Origin: a virus
Lineage: Duplodnaviria; Caudoviricetes
Direction: 5' to 3' (one strand)
DNA length: 38,451 nt
IMG/VR virus record: IMGVR_UViG_3300010376_000076
Location: 1 to 38,451 of that record
The position numbers and the translations under genes are program-made. Shown here one piece after another: positions 34,258 through 38,451 of the stretch (within the stretch, counting starts at the first letter, position 1; every line of letters begins with the position of its first letter). The notes below the pieces were generated by a model that saw nothing but the letters and a program-made list of their open reading frames with translations, was not told where the DNA came from and did not search any database.

Positions 34258-34299
34258 CAGAGCCCCCCAGTCGGTACCCCTTCCCGCTGGGGGGCTCTG
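34258..34299. repeat. 13-bp inverted repeat
   Basis: CAGAGCCCCCCAG (34258-34270) / CTGGGGGGCTCTG (34287-34299). Confidence 0.8.
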
Positions 34300-34401
34300 C
34301 TATGTCCGGTAACGTGGCTTTTATACTACTACCTACTACTACTACTCAGGGACGGCTCCTTATATAGCATGAAATGCTGTGTATGAGATACACTAAGGTC
34401 T

Positions 34402-34455
34402 AAGGCAGCGGCCTACAACCCAACTTTTTTTTGTTGGGTTGTAGGCCGCTGCCTT
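34402..34455. repeat. Perfect 23-bp inverted repeat with a T8 spacer
   Basis: AAGGCAGCGGCCTACAACCCAAC-TTTTTTTT-GTTGGGTTGTAGGCCGCTGCCTT. Confidence 0.92.
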
Positions 34456-34723
34456 CTACGTCATGTGTTTTCAGTGATGAATGGGATACGGGGTGGGGCA
34501 AATCGGGCAGGTAACTAGTCACGGATATCTAGTGTAAAGTGATAACTCTGAGCAGAAAAAACAAAAGCCCTGGTCACGGGCTCGTAAAGTGGACTACCAA
34601 GTGGTAGACGATCCGCTATTGACGGCGACGTGGACTGGAGATAGGCTTTAGCCGAGGGACGGGCGTCAACTAACGTCTGTCAGCCCCACCCGCCGAGAGG
34701 AATCGCCGCTAATCGGAGGGTAA

Positions 34724-34765
34724 GAGAAAGCCCGCTCGACGTGATCGAGCGGGCTTTCTCATTTT
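34724..34765. terminator. Probable bidirectional intrinsic terminator
   Basis: GAGAAAGCCCGCTCGA-cgtga-TCGAGCGGGCTTTCTC (16 bp), T-rich exits on both strands, just downstream of the leftward early operon. Confidence 0.8.
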
Positions 34766-34773
34766 AAGCTTAG

Positions 34774-35007
34774 TTACAGATAGGCGTGATTGGTGCTGTA
34801 CGTCTGAGTGTCTTGCTCATCCTTGTCCCGACACTGGCAGATGGTAAGGCCTAGGTGAGCTAAGGCTCTAAACACCTCATCGCCTGCTTCGTAGGCTTGC
34901 TCCGTGGCGACACCTAACAGAGTGAGCAGTACATCTAGCTCATCCCCTGACAGTACAACCCTCCCTAGGCTCTGATGCTTGGACACTTCACTAGTGGTTG
35001 TAATCAT
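34774..35007 (-). CDS. Hypothetical protein
   Basis: ORF track 34774..35025. ATG35007 follows a purine-rich RBS (GGAGAAGGAAGG). Confidence 0.6.
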   Translation of the reverse strand: MITTTSEVSKHQSLGRVVLSGDELDVLLTLLGVATEQAYEAGDEVFRALAHLGLTICQCRDKDEQDTQTYSTNHAYL

Positions 35008-35051
35008 CCTTCCTTCTCCCTTCATCGGTTGTAACCCTGCTAAGCAGGCTC

Positions 35052-35075
35052 GGAGTCCCTATCTCTAGGGACTCC
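35052..35075. promoter_or_regulatory. Intergenic 10-bp stem-loop
   Basis: GGAGTCCCTA-tctc-TAGGGACTCC, next to a small CCTGC/GCAGG hairpin. Confidence 0.55.
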
Positions 35076-35087
35076 TGGTCTGTCTAG

Positions 35088-35444
35088 CTAGATTTTGTCC
35101 GGTGAGGCTGACCTGGGGCTCTTGACGATATGTACGGGGACTGTGGACATAAACCCCTCAAGCGCTTCAGAGATATCTACCGACTTGAGTGAGGCTAGAA
35201 GCTTGCGGGATTCTTCAACGTGGCCGACACATTCCTCGCACCAATCGGCGTCTAGGTCATACTCGTCGGCTAGATACCAGGAAGCTTGGCCGATAGCGCC
35301 ACACTCTGACTTGTAGTCCCTAGCTTCTGGGCCTTTAGCTGCCAGTGACATACGCTCTAGATGATGGGGGAAGTGAATGGTGAGGTCTTCGTCATCTCCG
35401 AGGATGACGAAAAGGGAATCTGAGTACTTGGGTCGTAGTTGCAT
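35088..35444 (-). CDS. Hypothetical protein with H...CG...CxxC putative zinc site
   Basis: ATG35444 after GAAAGGAAG. SECG and WCEEC motifs. Confidence 0.65.
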   Translation of the reverse strand: MQLRPKYSDSLFVILGDDEDLTIHFPHHLERMSLAAKGPEARDYKSECGAIGQASWYLADEYDLDADWCEECVGHVEESRKLLASLKSVDISEALEGFMSTVPVHIVKSPRSASPDKI

Positions 35445-35526
35445 GTTCTTCCTTTCGGGTTTGGGTCCTGCCATCACCTTAGCAGGTGGAGAGCTAGCAA
35501 GCAATCCTCACTAGCTCCCAATCTGC

Positions 35527-35820
35527 CTAGGTGAAGAGATCTCCCCAGTACTGCCTAGCCAACCCTGGAGCATAACGCCGGTTACCCCAGTAGATAGCGG
35601 TTGTGCGGGGTTTGACGGAGACACCCCTAGAAGCCCCTACAACCCCGGCGAAGGGGGAGGATGAGCCTTCCATCCTGACCGACACATAGGCGGCCCTAGC
35701 GAGGTCTAGATCCCCCTCTCGTGCCAGTCTCCTAACATTCCTCCAGAGAAGAGAGCCACGACACCTAGCCAATAGCTCCCTCCTCTCCAAACTCTCGGCT
35801 CTGGTGGTTAGCTCTTTCAT
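35527..35820 (-). CDS. Hypothetical basic protein
   Basis: 97 aa, TAATG-coupled to the vWA-like gene. Confidence 0.6.
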   Translation of the reverse strand: MKELTTRAESLERRELLARCRGSLLWRNVRRLAREGDLDLARAAYVSVRMEGSSSPFAGVVGASRGVSVKPRTTAIYWGNRRYAPGLARQYWGDLFT

Positions 35821-36689
35821 TACCCTTCTCCCTCTAGTAGTCCGATGTCGGTTAGCTGTTGAATCACGTATTGCTGAGGGTTGCGAGTGTGGAGTGTGTC
35901 GAACCCTTCGAGGATTATAGCCTCGGAAGGGTAAAGGGAGCGGTTAATATTGAAGCTAGGCGATCCGTACCCTCCACCTATGCCTAGCGGAAGGATCCAC
36001 TTCTGTGGGAAATGCCATTCAGCGCCGAAGCAAATCCTTCTAAGGACTGTGGGGTGAGCTAGCCAGTAAGCAAGCTGAGCGGGAGCGATACTCTCATCCG
36101 CTCTCTTAACTAAGCATCTCACAGTGAAGCTTTTACTCTTGTCGTTAGCACCCTGGGCAGAGCAGTCAATCCAAATCTCTGTTTGATGCTGTAGCTCTTG
36201 CAAGGCTGTAGCCAGAGCGACTACGGCGCTGCCCCTCCGTAACACAGTCTCTACGTCGAACCCGCCCGAGTAGCACATACCTACGACCAGGGTAACCACC
36301 TTGCCAGTCCGAGCGATTTTAACCGGCTCATACTTGACCATACAGTCTGGCCGACCCGCTAGATACCGTCCTACGCTCACCCCGCCCCCTTTCTTACTGA
36401 AGGTGGAGCGGAACACTGGGAACGTCATCTCCCTCTCAGCTAGCCGGATAGCGGCCTCGGTTATGGGTTGGGCAGTCTCTAGACCCTTTGCCCAACCCTC
36501 CTCTATCGCCCACCTTCTCAGTACAGACCACTCATTTTGCCTAGTGACCTTACGGTACTCATCGCCGTAAGCCCATTTATCCGGCCTATGTGTATGGTCC
36601 TTCTCTTGGAATAGCTCCCCAGCCTTGAATAGCTCTTCGACAGTTTGGTAAGTGTCGACGATTCGGTTAGTTGTCTCTTCCCTATGCAT
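35820..36689 (-). CDS. vWA-like partner of a MoxR/CobS-type ATPase
   Basis: VGRYLAGRPDCM, VVTLVVGMCYSGG (degenerate MIDAS position), AVVALATALQ...TEIW, LAHPTVLRR, GYGSP. TAATG-coupled to the ATPase. Confidence 0.7.
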   Translation of the reverse strand: MHREETTNRIVDTYQTVEELFKAGELFQEKDHTHRPDKWAYGDEYRKVTRQNEWSVLRRWAIEEGWAKGLETAQPITEAAIRLAEREMTFPVFRSTFSKKGGGVSVGRYLAGRPDCMVKYEPVKIARTGKVVTLVVGMCYSGGFDVETVLRRGSAVVALATALQELQHQTEIWIDCSAQGANDKSKSFTVRCLVKRADESIAPAQLAYWLAHPTVLRRICFGAEWHFPQKWILPLGIGGGYGSPSFNINRSLYPSEAIILEGFDTLHTRNPQQYVIQQLTDIGLLEGEG

Positions 36690-38128
36690 TAGTTAACCCT
36701 CTCCCAGTCGGCAGCGTCCATCTTGTTACGTACCGTCATATCGATCACCTCGGACAAACTAAAACCGTCGTCCCCAACCATAAGCGCACAAGCCGAGATA
36801 GCTGCCCGCTGGCTAGCGACAACTACCTTTAGCTGTAGGCCCCATGATTTCTCCCTGAGAGCGTGCATCCGGCTAAGTACCTGGTCAACCTTGTACTCCT
36901 CCAGGCCCGTAGCAAGACAAGCAGACCGCTCTAGAGCCAGATCATAATCGACAACTACATGCACAAAGCGATCGAGGAATGCGGCGTCGAGTTGGTTAGC
37001 TCCCACATACAGCCGGTTAGCTCCAGAGCCGTAAGTGTTGGCGCCAGCGATGATATAGCAATCCGGATGCTTGAATGACCTGCCACGAGGGAAGGCCATA
37101 GAGCCGTTATCAATACCCTCGTTAACAACAAGGGTTGTGTTGGCGTTACCTCTATCGCACTCATCGAACAGGAAGACTCCACCGTTAAAGCCATGCTTAC
37201 AGTGAGCGACCTTACCCTCCTCGTACTTAACTGGGCGCTGTCCGGTTAGCTCGGCTCTCACTTGCTCTTGGGCTGTCTCTGGCTCACGGGTAGAACACTC
37301 TTCACATAGCGCATAGTGCCTATAGAAATCTGTCTCTACAAACTCTCCAGTGATCCCCCGATACCCGATGATGTCTTCTACGGCTCTGGTCTCGGTTAAG
37401 CCGATAGAGCCGTAAGGGACGCCTAGAGCCTCTGCACATTGACGGGCGATGGTTGTCTTACCACCAGCCGCAGGCCCGACCATCCACACGTTACGGCGAC
37501 GTTGCAAAGCTCTCAGAACGACGGGGAGCATCTTGTGAGCGAAACCCTCAACGGGCCTTACTTCCCCATTGTCCCTCACCTCAATAGTGAGAGGGATAAG
37601 GACGTTAGCTAAGGCCTCATCCACTTTGGCTTGTATGGCGGCTAGTTGCTCTTTGTAGCTGTCTTCCACGATTCGGCGGACCTGGGTCTCATCGACAGCT
37701 TGCACGCCTAGAGCCGTCTTAAGAGCCTCAATGGCAGCGTTAGCGCCCCCGTTGCCCGTTGCCCGTTGCACTTCGCTCTTAATCTCCTCGACCACCTTGT
37801 AACGGTCTTCCTCCGTCACAGGCTCAATCTCTGGCTCTGTCGTCTTGCCACGCTCTTTAGGGTTGCTGTCCACCCATGTAACCGGAGCGTGCTCGACTAG
37901 CCAACTCTCGGCCCTAGAACCGACCTGTCCACCCTTGTAAGTCATCTCGCAGTGATGGACACGATGGCTGTACCTGTTTTCAATGAGGATCCGCTTAACG
38001 GTCGGATCGTCCTTTAGCTCCATGTATGAGCCGTCTTTGTTGGCGTACCAGAGGTATTGGCTAGCGCCTTGCCCGCAGGCCCGGCATCCCTTGCTCTTCT
38101 CTGTTGTGTTGTACATGGTTACTGGCAT
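36689..38128 (-). CDS. MoxR/CobS/CbbQ-like AAA+ ATPase with N-terminal extension
   Basis: VWMVGPAAGGKTT (Walker A), GGVFLFDECDRG (Walker B), IIAGANTYG (sensor 1), YVGANQLDAAFLDRF (Arg finger). N-terminal CRAC. Confidence 0.9.
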   Translation of the reverse strand: MPVTMYNTTEKSKGCRACGQGASQYLWYANKDGSYMELKDDPTVKRILIENRYSHRVHHCEMTYKGGQVGSRAESWLVEHAPVTWVDSNPKERGKTTEPEIEPVTEEDRYKVVEEIKSEVQRATGNGGANAAIEALKTALGVQAVDETQVRRIVEDSYKEQLAAIQAKVDEALANVLIPLTIEVRDNGEVRPVEGFAHKMLPVVLRALQRRRNVWMVGPAAGGKTTIARQCAEALGVPYGSIGLTETRAVEDIIGYRGITGEFVETDFYRHYALCEECSTREPETAQEQVRAELTGQRPVKYEEGKVAHCKHGFNGGVFLFDECDRGNANTTLVVNEGIDNGSMAFPRGRSFKHPDCYIIAGANTYGSGANRLYVGANQLDAAFLDRFVHVVVDYDLALERSACLATGLEEYKVDQVLSRMHALREKSWGLQLKVVVASQRAAISACALMVGDDGFSLSEVIDMTVRNKMDAADWERVN

Positions 38129-38152
38129 CTGGTTCCTCTCGGTTCGGTTGGT

Positions 38153-38203
38153 CTACTGCTTCGCTCGCCTGTCTGCGGCGAGCGGCAGTAGCTTAGCATA
38201 ACA
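38153..38203 (-). promoter_or_regulatory. Extended -10 promoter (TGnTATGCT) and 5' leader hairpin of the first early operon
   Basis: - strand TGTTATGCT at 38203-38195. Hairpin 38153-38169/38177-38191 with a 2-nt bulge precedes the RBS GAGAGGA. Confidence 0.5.
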
Positions 38204-38263
38204 GAATCGGACATAGTTAGACATCGCCTAAACTTTCCTCTGACCAGGGTAAACACATAGTTG

Positions 38264-38451
38264 TTACTTAGCTAAGTAAGCAGATACTCATTTAGCTCTA
38301 GTACGTATGTTCGATGATAAGCACATAGGCACCCCTCCCCCCCCACTGCACTAAGCGACGACCGCTTAGTGCTCAGTATCCGCTCCCTCCCCCCCTGGGG
38401 AGGGAGCCTTATCCCAATGGGTCCACAACCCGGCTCCGCCGGGTAGTGGAC
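38264..38451. repeat. Terminal cluster of palindromes/hairpins
   Basis: TTACTTAGCTAAGTAA (38264-38279), 10-bp stem 38348-38372, 11-bp stem 38382-38407, interrupted 13-bp stem 38421-38451, plus C tracts. Confidence 0.8.

Larger units (their letters stand above)
34190..34765 (+). ncRNA. Candidate ~570-nt non-coding transcript and/or replication origin region
   Basis: Bounded by a promoter and a terminator, no credible ORF, several stems (34258-34299, 34402-34455, 34612-34717 multibranch with + strand G-U pairs). Confidence 0.4.
1..38451. mobile_element. Tailed bacteriophage genome (podovirus-like Caudoviricetes), probably complete or near-complete
   Basis: Terminase, portal, scaffold, capsid, tail nozzle/adaptor and ejection-type genes on +, replication/recombination and lysis genes on -. 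No host housekeeping genes. No tape-measure, sheath or tube gene recognised. No terminal direct repeat seen. Confidence 0.93.

Noticed and set aside
34189-34386. 65-aa + strand ORF behind the rightward promoter
   Set aside because: TTG start without RBS, runs through a GC hairpin and the TAC microsatellite (YYYLLLLL), no protein-like pattern. A leaderless peptide cannot be fully excluded.
34568-34576. CCCTGGTCA motif, also inverted at 38241-38249
   Set aside because: Only 9 bp and also present inside coding sequence (near 19557), so chance cannot be excluded.
34630-34690. Fragments resembling riboswitch or guide-RNA motifs (CTGGAGA...GCCGAGGG like glycine; CGTCAACTAAC like c-di-AMP or IscB omega-RNA)
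   Set aside because: Only short partial matches. The other conserved elements and a downstream regulated ORF or IscB/TnpB gene are missing. An Rfam scan would settle it.
1-38451. Integrase/att site, diversity-generating retroelement, tRNA genes, terminal direct repeat
   Set aside because: No recombinase or reverse transcriptase motifs, no cloverleaf with T-loop consensus noticed, and the two ends do not match. Checked by eye only.

Overview
The window looks like a complete or near-complete ~38.5 kb tailed-phage (Caudoviricetes) genome with podovirus-like morphogenesis genes and a two-arm layout. The + strand (about 0.1-24.0 kb) is a tightly coupled late operon: terminase, an unusually placed fibre/decoration block that includes a GH5 glycoside hydrolase, portal, a chain of unannotated Arg/Lys-rich micropeptides, scaffold, major capsid, decoration protein, holin-like protein, tail nozzle/adaptor, three probable ejection proteins (one with a phage tail-lysozyme domain) and an XRE HTH. 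The - strand (about 24.0-38.2 kb) carries early/middle genes: a MoxR/CobS-like AAA+ ATPase with a vWA-like partner, an RHH-like regulator, a DinG/Rad3(XPD)-type Fe-S helicase, a Cas4-like PD-(D/E)xK nuclease, a Sak4-like ATPase, an XPF/ERCC4-HhH nuclease, an amidase endolysin and many small Cys/His zinc-binding proteins. I recognise no integrase, DNA polymerase, primase, replication initiator, tRNA or CRISPR array. The most intriguing non-genic signals are (i) a ~570-nt ORF-poor, promoter-to-terminator, highly structured + strand unit at 34.16-34.77 kb containing a perfect 23-bp inverted repeat, (ii) a structured - strand RNA element at 30.2-30.4 kb whose loop is complementary to a CAACCG leader motif shared by several early genes, and (iii) a palindrome cluster at the right end. 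All assignments come from motif recognition by eye with no database searches. An actinobacterial (monoderm) host is only an inference.
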